DNA from: Pseudomonadales bacterium
GTDB taxonomy: Bacteria; Pseudomonadota; Gammaproteobacteria; Pseudomonadales; GM7GCV1
NCBI GenBank assembly: GCA_965661125.1
Contig: CBFICI010000001.1
Location: forward strand, 344,850-408,849
Direction of reading: 5' to 3'
DNA: 64,000 bases
Positions 8,854-18,810 of this stretch are shown here, one piece after another. The notes beneath the pieces are model-generated. The model was not told where the DNA came from and searched no databases. It saw only the letters and a program-made list of their open reading frames with translations. Each line of letters opens with the position of its first letter. Position 1 is the stretch's first letter. The position numbers and the translations under genes are program-made.

Positions 8854-11280
8854 ATGACTGAAACTGCTTCAACAGCCAGCCCAACCAACAGCGATCTTCC
8901 GCTCATCCCCTTGCGCGATGTGGTGGTGTACCCGCAAATGGTGATACCCCTGTTTGTTGGCCGACAGCGCTCGGTTTCGGCAATAAAGGCGGCCGCGGGT
9001 GGCAATAAGCAGATCCTGTTGGTGGCGCAGCACGAAGCAGACGACGATGATCCCGCCATCGATAAGCTATATGAGGTTGGTACGCTGGCGCACATTCTTC
9101 AGTATCTGAAGTTGCCCGATGGCACCCTGAAGATATTGGTAGAGGGCCAGGAGCGAGTGCTTCTGTCTGATATCAAGGACGCCGAGCAGGGATACTGGGT
9201 TGGCCAGTACCGTGTGTTGAATCAGGAGCAAGCCGACAGCAAAGAAACTGAGAGCTTGCTGGCTACCCTGCGGCGCGAGCTGGACGAATACGCTTCGTCC
9301 AGTAAAAAGCTCCCCAAAGAAGTGCTGGCCAGTTTGCAAGACATCAAGGATTTGGCCGTGCTGGCTGACAGCATTGCCATGCATATGCCGTTTGATCTTG
9401 AAACCAAGCAACAAATTCTTGAGCTCGTCGATGTAAAAGAACGAGTAAACAGTCTGCTTGAATTGATCGATTCGGAAATGGATTTGCAGCGGGTGGAAAA
9501 ACGCATTCGCTCGCGCGTTAAGAAGCAAATGGAAAAGAGCCAGCGCGAGTACTATCTGAACGAGCAGATGAAGGCGATCCAGAAAGAACTGGGCGACATA
9601 GATGGCGACGCCAACGAGTTTTCCCAACTGGAAAGCAAGATTGAAGAGGCCAAGATGCCTCAGAAAGCTCGTGAGAAGATCGATTCCGAGCTGGGCAAGC
9701 TGAAAATGATGTCACCCATGTCGGCCGAGGCATCGGTGATTCGCAATTACATCGACTGGATGGTGGGTGTGCCCTGGTCGAAGCGAACCCGGGTGAAGCA
9801 CGATTTGGAACGCGCCGAAAAACTGCTTGAGCGAGACCATTACGGCCTGGAGGAGGTGAAGGAGCGCATTCTCGAGTTTCTGGCGGTGCAAAAGCGGGTG
9901 CGCAAGTTGAAAGGCCCCATTCTGTGCCTGGTTGGTCCGCCCGGTGTGGGTAAAACCTCCCTCGGCGAAAGCATTGCCAAGGCAACCAATCGCGAGTTTG
10001 TGCGTATGTCGCTGGGCGGCGTGCGTGACGAAGCAGAAATTCGTGGCCATCGCCGCACCTACATTGGCTCTATGCCCGGAAAAATCGTTCAGAAGTTGCA
10101 GAAAACCGGCGTGAAGAACCCCCTGTTTCTGCTTGATGAAATCGACAAGATGGGCATGGACTACCGAGGCGACCCGGCTTCCGCTCTGCTGGAGGTGCTC
10201 GACCCCGAGCAGAATTCCACCTTTGCCGACCACTATCTGGAAGTAGATTTTGATCTGTCGGAAATCATGTTTGTTTGCACGGCAAACTCCATGAATATTC
10301 CTGGCCCGCTACTGGACCGAATGGAAGTGATTCGTATCCCTGGCTACACCGAAGACGAAAAAGTCGCCATTGCGGAACGCTATCTGCTTCCCAAACAAAT
10401 TAAGGCGAACGGGCTGAAAAAGGGTGAGCTGGACTTAACCGACGAGCTGATACGCAAAACCATACGCGAATACACCCGCGAAGCGGGTGTGCGTGGGCTC
10501 GAACGGGAACTGGCCAAGGTATGCCGCAAGGTTGTTACGCAAAACACCAAGCTGAAAAAGCCGATTGCCCCTGCCATTGGTACCGACGAATTAGTCGAGT
10601 ATCTTGGCGTGGCCAAGTTTTCTCGCGATCTGGCCGAACGCAAAAACCGGGTGGGTCAGGTAAATGGCCTGGCCTGGACCCAGGTTGGCGGTGAGTTGCT
10701 CAGCATTGAGGTAAGTTCGGTGCCTGGAACCGGCAAGGTAGTCAAAACCGGCTCGCTAGGTGATGTGATGCAGGAATCTATTCAGGCTGCGTTGACGATT
10801 GTTCGGGGCAGGGCCGCTTCTTTGGGAATTTCGCCTGATTTTTACCAAAAACGCGACCTTCATGTTCACGTACCTGAGGGTGCGACACCAAAAGATGGCC
10901 CCAGTGCGGGTATCGGAATGGTTACCGCATTGGTTTCCGAGCTAACCGGAATTCCGGTTAAGTCGGACGTGGCCATGACGGGAGAAATCACCCTACGGGG
11001 TGAGGTATTGAGCATTGGCGGCGTGAAAGAAAAGCTCCTTGCTGCACACCGCGCCGGCATCAAGACGGTGATTATCCCGGAGGGGAACGACAAGAATATC
11101 AGGGAGATACCTGACAATATTAAAAGCGACTTGAGCATTCGGACGGCGCGTTGGATCGACGATGTTTTGGACATTGCTCTGGAATCTTCACCGGTTCCCA
11201 TCGAGGATGCTGCGAGTGAAAATTCAACCGCTGAAAAAGAATCTGAGGGCTCCGTAGCCCCGCGGCCAAGCACACACTAG
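8854..11280 (+). CDS. lon: Lon protease
   Basis: This 808-aa ORF has Walker A GPPGVGKTS and the catalytic PKDGPSAG Ser motif. It sits after clpX. Confidence 0.95.
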   Translation: MTETASTASPTNSDLPLIPLRDVVVYPQMVIPLFVGRQRSVSAIKAAAGGNKQILLVAQHEADDDDPAIDKLYEVGTLAHILQYLKLPDGTLKILVEGQERVLLSDIKDAEQGYWVGQYRVLNQEQADSKETESLLATLRRELDEYASSSKKLPKEVLASLQDIKDLAVLADSIAMHMPFDLETKQQILELVDVKERVNSLLELIDSEMDLQRVEKRIRSRVKKQMEKSQREYYLNEQMKAIQKELGDIDGDANEFSQLESKIEEAKMPQKAREKIDSELGKLKMMSPMSAEASVIRNYIDWMVGVPWSKRTRVKHDLERAEKLLERDHYGLEEVKERILEFLAVQKRVRKLKGPILCLVGPPGVGKTSLGESIAKATNREFVRMSLGGVRDEAEIRGHRRTYIGSMPGKIVQKLQKTGVKNPLFLLDEIDKMGMDYRGDPASALLEVLDPEQNSTFADHYLEVDFDLSEIMFVCTANSMNIPGPLLDRMEVIRIPGYTEDEKVAIAERYLLPKQIKANGLKKGELDLTDELIRKTIREYTREAGVRGLERELAKVCRKVVTQNTKLKKPIAPAIGTDELVEYLGVAKFSRDLAERKNRVGQVNGLAWTQVGGELLSIEVSSVPGTGKVVKTGSLGDVMQESIQAALTIVRGRAASLGISPDFYQKRDLHVHVPEGATPKDGPSAGIGMVTALVSELTGIPVKSDVAMTGEITLRGEVLSIGGVKEKLLAAHRAGIKTVIIPEGNDKNIREIPDNIKSDLSIRTARWIDDVLDIALESSPVPIEDAASENSTAEKESEGSVAPRPSTH

Positions 11281-11290
11281 AAATCGGCTC

Positions 11291-11320
11291 TTGACCCCGC
11301 GCTGGGCCGCTTGGTATAAA
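11291..11320 (+). promoter_or_regulatory. Putative sigma70 promoter of hupB
   Basis: The sequence is TTGACC-18 nt-TATAAA. Confidence 0.4.
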
Positions 11321-11422
11321 GCCTCTCGAGGTGTTTGCGGTAATAGAAAAATAAAACCGTGCACCCCTTCGGGAGGTAGCTTCAAAGCCCTAATTTCGAA
11401 CTCTTCAAAAAGGTACTAAAAC

Positions 11423-11695
11423 GTGAATAAAAGCGAACTTATTGAGCAAATCGCATCATCCGCAGACATTTCCAAAGCCAAAGCCGGCGCTGCTCTTGAT
11501 GCAGTGGTAGACAGTGTTACAGGCGCCCTTAAAAAAGGTGATTCCGTTTCTCTGGTTGGTTTCGGTACTTTCTCGGTAAAAGATCGTGCTGCACGTACTG
11601 GCCGTAACCCGCAAACCGGTGCAACTATCCAAATCAAAGCAGCAAAAGTACCTGGCTTTAAAGCGGGTAAAGCGCTGAAAGACGCCGTAAACTAA
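11423..11695 (+). CDS. hupB: DNA-binding protein HU-beta
   Basis: This 90-aa ORF reads [11 protein letters not shown]...[21 protein letters not shown] and has a GTG start. Confidence 0.9.
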   Translation: MNKSELIEQIASSADISKAKAGAALDAVVDSVTGALKKGDSVSLVGFGTFSVKDRAARTGRNPQTGATIQIKAAKVPGFKAGKALKDAVN

Positions 11696-11741
11696 TTATT
11701 AGTTGAGGCAGCTGCACGCAGCAGTTTGTGCAGCAGCGAAC

Positions 11742-11768
11742 AAAGGCGCATTTCGGTGCGCCTTTTTC
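11742..11768 (+). terminator. Rho-independent terminator after hupB
   Basis: The hairpin is aaaggcgca-tttcgg-tgcgcc followed by TTTTT. Confidence 0.7.
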
Positions 11769-11805
11769 GTGTTAAACCCAAAATTAACATCGAGCTCACT
11801 GAATC

Positions 11806-13716
11806 ATGATCCAGAATCTTCGCGACAACCTGTCAGGCACTGTCGCCATTACCCTGATCGTTCTTATCGCCATTCCGCTGGCTTTCTTCGGCGTTGAATC
11901 AATCTTCCTCAACAGCGTGCGCGTAAACGAGGTGGCTGAAGTGAACGGAGAAACCATCTCCGAACTTGAGCTGCAGCGCGGTGTGAGCAATCAGATGAAC
12001 GAGATCATGGGAATTATGGGCGACCAGCTGGACCCGGCCCTGCTCGATGAAGCGACTTTGCGGCCCAGGGTGCTCGAGCAGCTTATTCAGGAAAAACTGG
12101 TGCTTAGCGCCGCGCGGGAGCAGAACCTGGCGGCTTCAGACGTCATGATTAGTGAAACGATTCGCAGTTCTGAGGCCTTTCAGGTAAATGGCCAATTCAA
12201 TGCAACGGTATTTCGCCAGTTCCTCGCCAATATGGGTTATACGCCCACCACCTTTATGGAAGCCATGCACGACCAGCAGATTGCCAACTTTCTGTTGGTG
12301 GGCTTGCGCGCGTCGGCATTTGCCACGCAAAAAGATACCGCTGCCGCGGTGGCCAGCAATTTTGAAACCCGCAGCTGGCAATACCTGGCCATTCCGGGGC
12401 AGGACATCCTCAACAGTATCGAAATTAGCGATGAAGAGGTTCAGAGTTATTACGAGATTTACCAGGAAGACTTCCGGCGCCCGGAAGAGCTCAGCCTGAA
12501 CTATGTCAGCCTGAGCTCTGACGGCTACTTTGCGGCAACGGCGGGGGATGAAACCCTGGCCGATCAGGTGCTCGAGCGCTTTGAACTCCTGGCGGCCCAG
12601 CAGGGAGAGCAAAAACGTATCTCCCACATTCAGCTTGAGGCAAACGACGAGGCCAGCGCGGCCCAGCAGGTTGAAGAAATTCAGCAACGCATTGCCGATG
12701 GAGAAGCTTTTGCAACTCTAGCAGCCGAATTCTCGGTAGACGTGGGCACCGCAGCCCTGGGCGGCGATCTGGGCTATACCGATGGCACCACCTTCCCGGC
12801 CGTCTTCGAGCTGGCCATCGAGGAACTGGAAGAGGATGAAGTATCAGCCCCGGTAGAGCTTGACGGCTACACACACCTGATACTGGTAACCGACCTTCAG
12901 CAGTCTGACTTTAGTCTGGAGAACGAATACGCGGCGATTGAGCGCGAAGTTCGCCAGGATATGGCTCAGGAGCAGTTTCAGGAAGGTCTGGATGAATTGC
13001 GTGGCCTGGTATTTTCGACCGATAACCTCGAGCAATTGATTGAGCAGTTCAGCAACCCGGACATGCTTGAAATTCAAACCAGTTTGCCATTCAGTCGCGA
13101 TGTGGGTACCGGCATTGCGTCCGATGCGCGGGTTCGCGCGGTTGGTTATAGCGACGTGGTATTGAATCAGCAGTTCAACGAAATCGTTGAATTGGGCAAC
13201 TCGGAAGCGCTGGTGGTGCATTTGAATGAGCACTACCCCAGTCGTCTGGCCGAGCTAGCAGAGGTTCAGAACGCCATTGTTGCCACATTGAAAGCTGAAA
13301 AAGCGGGTGAGGTGCTGGCGGAAACTGCATCGGGGCTGGAACAGGAAATTGCCGATGGTGCCACGCTTGATTCGGTTGCCGAGCGCGAGGGCTATGTGTG
13401 GGGCAGTATGATCGACTCCACGCGAATGCAGGCCGGGCAAGATGCCTCTCAGCTTGTGTTTGGCGCGCGCCCCGAGCAGCTTCCGTATGTGTCGGGCGGG
13501 GTGGTAGTCAACGGCGATTACCGCATATACCGTATCAGTGAAATCACACCGGGTCGTATCGAAGATCAGCCGCCCGAATTGGTCGCGCAGGTTCGCGAAC
13601 GTGTGGCTGTGGATCGCAGCGTCATGGAATGGGAAGCCTATTTGGCGGCGCTTGAAGCCGGTGCCAGGATCAGCCGCAAGATCAACACCAATACGGCTGC
13701 AGATCTGGAACTTTAG
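11806..13716 (+). CDS. ppiD: Periplasmic chaperone / peptidyl-prolyl isomerase PpiD
   Basis: This 636-aa ORF has the N-terminal anchor MIQNLRDNLSGTVAITLIVLIAIPLAFFG and a parvulin-like region (GGDLGYT). It sits after hupB, as in other gammaproteobacteria. Confidence 0.85.
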   Translation: MIQNLRDNLSGTVAITLIVLIAIPLAFFGVESIFLNSVRVNEVAEVNGETISELELQRGVSNQMNEIMGIMGDQLDPALLDEATLRPRVLEQLIQEKLVLSAAREQNLAASDVMISETIRSSEAFQVNGQFNATVFRQFLANMGYTPTTFMEAMHDQQIANFLLVGLRASAFATQKDTAAAVASNFETRSWQYLAIPGQDILNSIEISDEEVQSYYEIYQEDFRRPEELSLNYVSLSSDGYFAATAGDETLADQVLERFELLAAQQGEQKRISHIQLEANDEASAAQQVEEIQQRIADGEAFATLAAEFSVDVGTAALGGDLGYTDGTTFPAVFELAIEELEEDEVSAPVELDGYTHLILVTDLQQSDFSLENEYAAIEREVRQDMAQEQFQEGLDELRGLVFSTDNLEQLIEQFSNPDMLEIQTSLPFSRDVGTGIASDARVRAVGYSDVVLNQQFNEIVELGNSEALVVHLNEHYPSRLAELAEVQNAIVATLKAEKAGEVLAETASGLEQEIADGATLDSVAEREGYVWGSMIDSTRMQAGQDASQLVFGARPEQLPYVSGGVVVNGDYRIYRISEITPGRIEDQPPELVAQVRERVAVDRSVMEWEAYLAALEAGARISRKINTNTAADLEL

Positions 13717-13735
13717 CTTTATTGAGTAGCTTGAT

Positions 13736-13766
13736 AAAAAAGGCCGCTGATGCGGTCTTTTTTTTG
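13736..13766 (+). terminator. Rho-independent terminator after ppiD
   Basis: The hairpin is aggccgc-tgat-gcggtct followed by a T8 run. Confidence 0.7.
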
Positions 13767-13836
13767 CTCGATGCCGGCTTGGCCGCGGATCCGAAATCAG
13801 AGTAGGAAGTGCAAATCGGTCTGGCAGCCCCTTTAT

Positions 13837-14145
13837 TGGCTCCTCCGGCCGGCGGGCAAACATGCCGCTGGCGTTCTCGGCTAAGCGAGCAGTGCTCGCT
13901 TCGGGCGCCTCGAACCCAACTGGGCTCTTCTCGCCCAGCATTGCCTTCGGCAACAAACAAAATAAGCCACCCCGAAGGGTGGCTTATTTTGTTTGGCTCC
14001 TCCAGCCCTCAGCATAGCTTCGGGCGTTCGGCACTGAAAAAGCGGTGCTTTTTCCGGGCGTGCCTCACCCAACTGGCCTACGCCCAGCAGGCGGGCGAAT
14101 GCCGAAAAACAAAAAAGGCCGTCCAATGGACGACCTTTTGTTTTT
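13837..14145 (-). repeat. Two tandem ~155-nt tRNA-Asn-derived units (13837-13993 and 13994-14145), each ending in GGAGGAGCCA
   Basis: On the plus strand each unit starts TGGCTCCTCC, compared with the tRNA-Asn start TGGCTCCGCC at 14146. Both share ACCCAACTGG, a D-arm-like motif. Neither folds as a cloverleaf by eye. Confidence 0.6.
13954..13995. terminator. Perfect 19-bp hairpin flanked by A/T runs (bidirectional terminator-like) between the two units
   Basis: The arm caaacaaaataagccaccc, loop cgaa and arm gggtggcttattttgtttg form the hairpin. Confidence 0.6.
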
Positions 14146-14146
14146 T
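14111..14146 (-). terminator. Rho-independent terminator immediately after tRNA-Asn
   Basis: The minus strand reads aaaaggtcgtcc-att-ggacggcctttt followed by TTTTGTTTTT. Confidence 0.65.
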
Positions 14147-14221
14147 GGCTCCGCCTGCTGGGCTCGAACCAGCGACCCAATGATTAACAGTCATTTGCTC
14201 TACCAACTGAGCTAAGGCGGA
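14146..14221 (-). tRNA. tRNA-Asn (anticodon GTT)
   Basis: The reverse complement is TCCGCCTTAGCTCAGTTGGTAGAGCAAATGACTGTTAATCATTGGGTCGCTGGTTCGAGCCCAGCAGGCGGAGCCA. The anticodon loop is CTGTTAA. Confidence 0.9.
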
Positions 14222-14301
14222 TCAGTTGAGGCCGCGTATCTTATAGACGCGAAACTTGATGGTCAATAGACTGTGCCCCTGCAAATTGAACCGGGAAAAA
14301 C

Positions 14302-16329
14302 GTGAGCGACAGAGCCTTTGAATTGAAGTCGGGCTACCAGCCTGCAGGCGACCAGCCGAAAGCAATTGATGCCCTTGTAGAAGGCCTGAATGACGGCTTG
14401 GCTGGTCAAATCCTGCTGGGTGTTACCGGCTCCGGTAAAACCTTTACCGTGGCCAATGTGGTGCAACAGGTGCAACGCCCAACCATTGTAATGGCTCACA
14501 ACAAAACTCTGGCAGCCCAGCTTTACGGTGAGTTTAAAGAGTTCTTTCCCAGAAATGCCGTGGAGTACTTCGTTTCTTATTACGACTACTACCAGCCGGA
14601 AGCCTATGTTCCCAGTTCGGACACCTACATCGAGAAGGACTCATCGGTAAATGATCACATTGAGCAGATGCGTCTGTCAGCCACCAAGGCCCTGATGGAG
14701 CGCCGCGACGTGTTGGTGGTGGCCACGGTGAGCTCAATCTACGGTTTGGGCGACCCCAAGTCGTACATGAAGATGATGCTGCATATGTCGCGTGGAGATA
14801 TTATTGACCAGCGTGCCATTCTCGGACGTCTGGCCGAGCTGCAGTACAGCCGCAACGAAACCGATTTTCGTCGAGCCACTTTTCGCGTGCGCGGCGACAT
14901 TATCGATATTTTTCCGGCCGAGTCGGAAGACACTGCCGTTCGTGTGGAGTTGTTCGATCAGGAAATAGAACGTATCAGCCTGTTCGATCCGCTCACTGGC
15001 GAATCACGCGGAGATATTCCCCGTGTCACCATCTATCCCAAAACCCACTACGCCACACCCCGGGATACTGTGCTGTCAGCGGTAGACCAGATTGAAGACG
15101 AACTGAAAGACCATTTGAAGTTGCTGCGCGAGGAAGAGCGCCTCGTGGAGGCTCAGCGCCTGGAACAGCGCACCCGCTACGATCTGGAGATGTTGCGCGA
15201 GCTGGGCTATTGCACCGGGGTCGAAAACTACTCTCGTTACCTGTCGGGCAGAGCCCCTGGAGAACCGCCACCCACCCTGTTTGACTATCTGCCGGATGAC
15301 TCGCTGGTGGTGATTGACGAGTCACACGTGACCGTTTCGCAAATTGGCGCCATGTATCGCGGCGACCGCTCGCGCAAGGAAACCCTGGTGGAATACGGCT
15401 TCCGCCTGCCGTCGGCGATGGATAACCGGCCGTTGAAGTTCGAGGAGTGGGAACATCTGGCCACCCAGCGTATTTATGTCAGTGCCACGCCGGCTCAATA
15501 TGAGCATGACCATTCCGATCAGACTGTGGAGCAAATTGTGCGACCGACTGGCCTGGTCGACCCGGAGGTTGAAGTGCGTCCGGCCACTACCCAGGTGGGC
15601 GACCTGCTTTCTGAGATACATAAAACGGTAGAAGCCGGTCACCGGGTACTGGTGACCACCCTGACCAAACGCATGGCAGAGGATTTAACCGAGTACCTCG
15701 CGGAGCAGTCCGTCAAGGTGCGCTACCTGCATTCGGATATCGATACAGTGGAGCGAGTGGAAATTATTCGCGACCTTCGCCTGGGCGAGTTTGATGTACT
15801 GGTAGGCATTAACCTGCTGCGAGAAGGGCTGGACATGCCCGAGGTCGCACTAGTGGCCATACTGGACGCCGACAAGGAGGGTTTCCTGCGTTCCGAGCGC
15901 TCGCTGATTCAAACTATCGGCCGCGGCGCACGCAATCTGGAGGGCAGAGCCATACTCTATGCCGACCGTGTAACAGATTCCATGCGTCGCGCTATGGACG
16001 AAACCGAACGACGCCGGGAAAAACAGGTACAGCACAACCTGGAGCAGGGCATAGAACCCAAAACCATTCTGAAGAATGTCGCCGACATCATGGAAGGCGC
16101 ACGCATGATTCCGGGCAAGCGCGGCAAAGGCAGTCGCAGCGATCAGCGCGCGGCTGATGTACTGGCCAATCTCAACCCGGACAGCATGACAGCGGCGCAA
16201 CTCACCAGGGAAATCGCCAGGCTGGAACAGAAAATGTTCGACCACGCCCAGAACCTGGAATTCGAGCAGGCCGCGCACCTGCGCGATCAGGTATCAAAGC
16301 TGCGCGAAGGGCTGATCAACGCCGCCTGA
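14302..16329 (+). CDS. uvrB: Excinuclease ABC subunit B
   Basis: This 675-aa ORF contains [24 protein letters not shown] and [25 protein letters not shown]. It has a GTG start. Confidence 0.95.
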   Translation: MSDRAFELKSGYQPAGDQPKAIDALVEGLNDGLAGQILLGVTGSGKTFTVANVVQQVQRPTIVMAHNKTLAAQLYGEFKEFFPRNAVEYFVSYYDYYQPEAYVPSSDTYIEKDSSVNDHIEQMRLSATKALMERRDVLVVATVSSIYGLGDPKSYMKMMLHMSRGDIIDQRAILGRLAELQYSRNETDFRRATFRVRGDIIDIFPAESEDTAVRVELFDQEIERISLFDPLTGESRGDIPRVTIYPKTHYATPRDTVLSAVDQIEDELKDHLKLLREEERLVEAQRLEQRTRYDLEMLRELGYCTGVENYSRYLSGRAPGEPPPTLFDYLPDDSLVVIDESHVTVSQIGAMYRGDRSRKETLVEYGFRLPSAMDNRPLKFEEWEHLATQRIYVSATPAQYEHDHSDQTVEQIVRPTGLVDPEVEVRPATTQVGDLLSEIHKTVEAGHRVLVTTLTKRMAEDLTEYLAEQSVKVRYLHSDIDTVERVEIIRDLRLGEFDVLVGINLLREGLDMPEVALVAILDADKEGFLRSERSLIQTIGRGARNLEGRAILYADRVTDSMRRAMDETERRREKQVQHNLEQGIEPKTILKNVADIMEGARMIPGKRGKGSRSDQRAADVLANLNPDSMTAAQLTREIARLEQKMFDHAQNLEFEQAAHLRDQVSKLREGLINAA

Positions 16330-16486
16330 TAAATCGTTGTATTGGCATAGCTTACTGGTTAAAATCCCGCGCCTCGCAGGAAACAGCCTAATTGATCTGG
16401 TTTGCTCCTCGAGGCAGTGGAGCAGGAAAATCGATAGTTTTGCCAGCGATGTGCAGATTCCCCACGGGAAAAAGTGCTGGCAAAAA

Positions 16487-16706
16487 CGAGGATTTTTTCT
16501 TCGCAGAGCAGGAAGCATCGCGCGCAGAGCCGCAATGTACATAGATGTACCTGAGGACTCGAGCACGACGATGACGCATCGAAGGGCTTGTCCTGAAGTG
16601 CGAGAAGCGAGGAATTTTGCGCGTTGGTTAGGAAGCTCTGCGCGCAGGGGCGCAGTGTACGTGTGGTGTACATGAGCAACCGAGCACAGCGCTGACGACA
16701 TCAGCG
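16487..16706. repeat. Two diverged ~95-100-nt direct repeats (16487-16581 and 16608-16706, period 121) upstream of tRNA-Val
   Basis: The shared blocks are CGAGGA..AGGAAGC..GCGCGCAG..TGTAC..TGTAC..GAG..CGAGCAC. Each copy ends in a small hairpin. Confidence 0.6.
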
Positions 16707-16733
16707 TGTAAAATAACCGCTTCCAATAACAAT

Positions 16734-16810
16734 ACGACCGTAGCTCAGCTGGTTAGAGCACCACCTTGACATGGTGGGGGTCGGTGGTTCGAGTCCACTC
16801 GGTCGTACCA
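16734..16810 (+). tRNA. tRNA-Val (anticodon GAC)
   Basis: The acceptor stem pairs ACGACCG with CGGTCGT. The anticodon stem is ccacc/ggtgg with loop TTGACAT. CCA is encoded. Confidence 0.9.
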
Positions 16811-16882
16811 ATTTACGCAAGGCGCGGTTCTCCGCTCCTAAAACACACGTGACCCCGCGTATGGGCCACCACTGGAGACAAG

Positions 16883-18802
16883 ATGGTTAACGTAACCCTG
16901 CCCGACGGTTCTGTCCGTCAATTCGACAAGCCTGTATCAGTTCACGATGTTGCCGCCGATATCGGCCCCGGTTTGGCCAAGTCTGCGCTGGCTGGTGTGG
17001 TGGATGGCAAAGAAGTCGATACCAGCTTCCTGATCAGCGGCGATGCACAGCTTTCCATTGTGACCGACCGATCGCCCGAAGCGTTGGAAATTATCCGGCA
17101 CTCCACTGCCCACCTTCTGGCACAGGCGGTGCAAGACCTGTTCCCCGGTGCTCAGGTGACCATTGGGCCGGTGATTGAAGACGGCTTCTACTATGACTTT
17201 GCGTACGAGCGAGCATTCACGCTGGAAGATCTCGAGAAGATCGAAGCGCGCATGAAAGAACTGGCTACCAACGATCAGCCGGTCGAGCGTGTTGTGATGT
17301 CACGGGAAGACGCCATCGAGCAGTTCAAACAGATGGGCGAGCACTACAAGGTCGAGATTATTGAAGACCTGCCCGAAGGTGAGGAAATCTCGGTCTACAA
17401 ACAGGGTGGCTGGCATGATTTGTGTCGCGGCCCGCACGTGCCAAACACTAATTTTCTCAAGCACTTTAAGCTGATGAAGGTTGCCGGAGCCTATTGGCGC
17501 GGCGACTCGAATAACGAAATGCTTACCCGTATCTACGGCACCGCCTGGACCAACAAGAAAGAGCTGAATGCTTACCTGACTCGTTTGCAGGAAGCCGAGA
17601 AGCGCGACCACCGCAAGCTGGGTCGCAAGCTTGACCTGTTCCACATTCAGGAAGAAGCGCCGGGCATGATTTTCTGGCACCCGGCGGGCTGGACAATCTA
17701 CAGCGAAATCGAAAGCTACATGCGCAAGGTGCAGCGCGATAACGGCTACAGGGAAATTAAAACTCCGCTGGTGGTTGACCGTACCCTGTGGGAAAAGTCC
17801 GGCCACTGGGACAAGTTTCGCGAAGACATGTTTACCGTGGAAAGCGAAAATCGCGACTACGCGGTAAAACCAATGAACTGTCCCTGTCATGTGCAGGTAT
17901 TTAACCAGGGGCTGCGCTCATACCGCGATTTGCCTTTGCGCCTGGCTGAGTTCGGCAGCTGCCACCGCAATGAAGCCAGTGGCACACTGCAGGGGTTGAT
18001 GCGCGTACGCGGTTTTGTGCAGGACGATGCTCATATCTTCTGTACCGAAGCGCAAATTCAGAGCGAGGTGGCCACCTTTATCGACCTGCTGTACCAGGTA
18101 TATGCCGATTTCGGCTTCGACGAGGTCCTGATCAAGTTGTCTACCCGTCCCGAGAAGCGAGTGGGTAGTGACGAAGTCTGGGACAAGGCAGAGAAAGCGC
18201 TGGCCGATGCGTTGCAGGCCGCCGATTTGCCTTACGAGTTGCTGCCGGGCGAGGGCGCCTTCTACGGGCCCAAGATTGAATTCAGCCTGAAGGACTGCAT
18301 TGGACGAGTCTGGCAGTGCGGTACTATCCAGGTGGATTTTTCCATGCCAGGCCGCCTCGATGCGCAGTATGTAGCCGAGGATGGCAGCCGGCAGGTGCCC
18401 GTCATGTTGCACCGGGCCATTCTGGGTTCCTTCGAGCGATTTATCGGTATTTTGATCGAACACTACGAAGGCGCCTTTCCGCTTTGGCTGGCTCCGGTTC
18501 AGGTAACTATCATGAATATTACCGACCGGCAGGAAGAATATGCTCGATCTGTCGCCAAAAACTTGAAAAAACAGGGCGTTAGGGTCGATCTTGACTTGAG
18601 AAACGAAAAGATCGGCTTTAAAATCCGCGAGCACACAATTGCGCGTGTGCCATACCTGCTTGTCCTCGGAGACAAAGAGGTAGAAAACGAGACCGTGGCG
18701 GTTCGTACGCGGGACGGCAAAGATCTGGGGGCAATGTCTCTTGAAAACTTGCAGAACGTCCTGGCAGAAGAGACGAGCCGGCGCGGTCGTATTGTTAATT
18801 AA
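16883..18802 (+). CDS. thrS: Threonine--tRNA ligase
   Basis: This 639-aa ORF has a TGS domain start ([14 protein letters not shown]). The class II motifs include [15 protein letters not shown]-like [15 protein letters not shown]. It sits upstream of infC-rpmI-rplT. Confidence 0.95.
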   Translation: MVNVTLPDGSVRQFDKPVSVHDVAADIGPGLAKSALAGVVDGKEVDTSFLISGDAQLSIVTDRSPEALEIIRHSTAHLLAQAVQDLFPGAQVTIGPVIEDGFYYDFAYERAFTLEDLEKIEARMKELATNDQPVERVVMSREDAIEQFKQMGEHYKVEIIEDLPEGEEISVYKQGGWHDLCRGPHVPNTNFLKHFKLMKVAGAYWRGDSNNEMLTRIYGTAWTNKKELNAYLTRLQEAEKRDHRKLGRKLDLFHIQEEAPGMIFWHPAGWTIYSEIESYMRKVQRDNGYREIKTPLVVDRTLWEKSGHWDKFREDMFTVESENRDYAVKPMNCPCHVQVFNQGLRSYRDLPLRLAEFGSCHRNEASGTLQGLMRVRGFVQDDAHIFCTEAQIQSEVATFIDLLYQVYADFGFDEVLIKLSTRPEKRVGSDEVWDKAEKALADALQAADLPYELLPGEGAFYGPKIEFSLKDCIGRVWQCGTIQVDFSMPGRLDAQYVAEDGSRQVPVMLHRAILGSFERFIGILIEHYEGAFPLWLAPVQVTIMNITDRQEEYARSVAKNLKKQGVRVDLDLRNEKIGFKIREHTIARVPYLLVLGDKEVENETVAVRTRDGKDLGAMSLENLQNVLAEETSRRGRIVN

Positions 18803-18810
18803 CTGGAGTT

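Noticed and set aside
13809-14183. ORFs 13809..14183 (+), 13881..14180 (-), 13682..13960 (-) and 13255..13956 (-) cover the ppiD 3' end and the tRNA-Asn repeats.
   Set aside because: They run through terminator hairpins, the repeat units and the tRNA-Asn gene itself (…LAPPAGLEPATQ is tRNA sequence). They also have no SD.
14271-14286. I considered a possible LexA/SOS box upstream of uvrB (CTGTgcccctgcAAAT).
   Set aside because: Only the CTGT half matches. The second half is AAAT rather than ACAG, so it does not fit CTGT-N8-ACAG.
16294-16701. Four overlapping ORFs (16294..16701-, 16337..16675+, 16359..16679-, 16388..16579-) lie in the uvrB/tRNA-Val spacer.
   Set aside because: They are mutually overlapping in several frames and both strands, are Arg/Cys/Ala-rich, and coincide with the direct repeats. 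They are best explained as non-coding repeat DNA.
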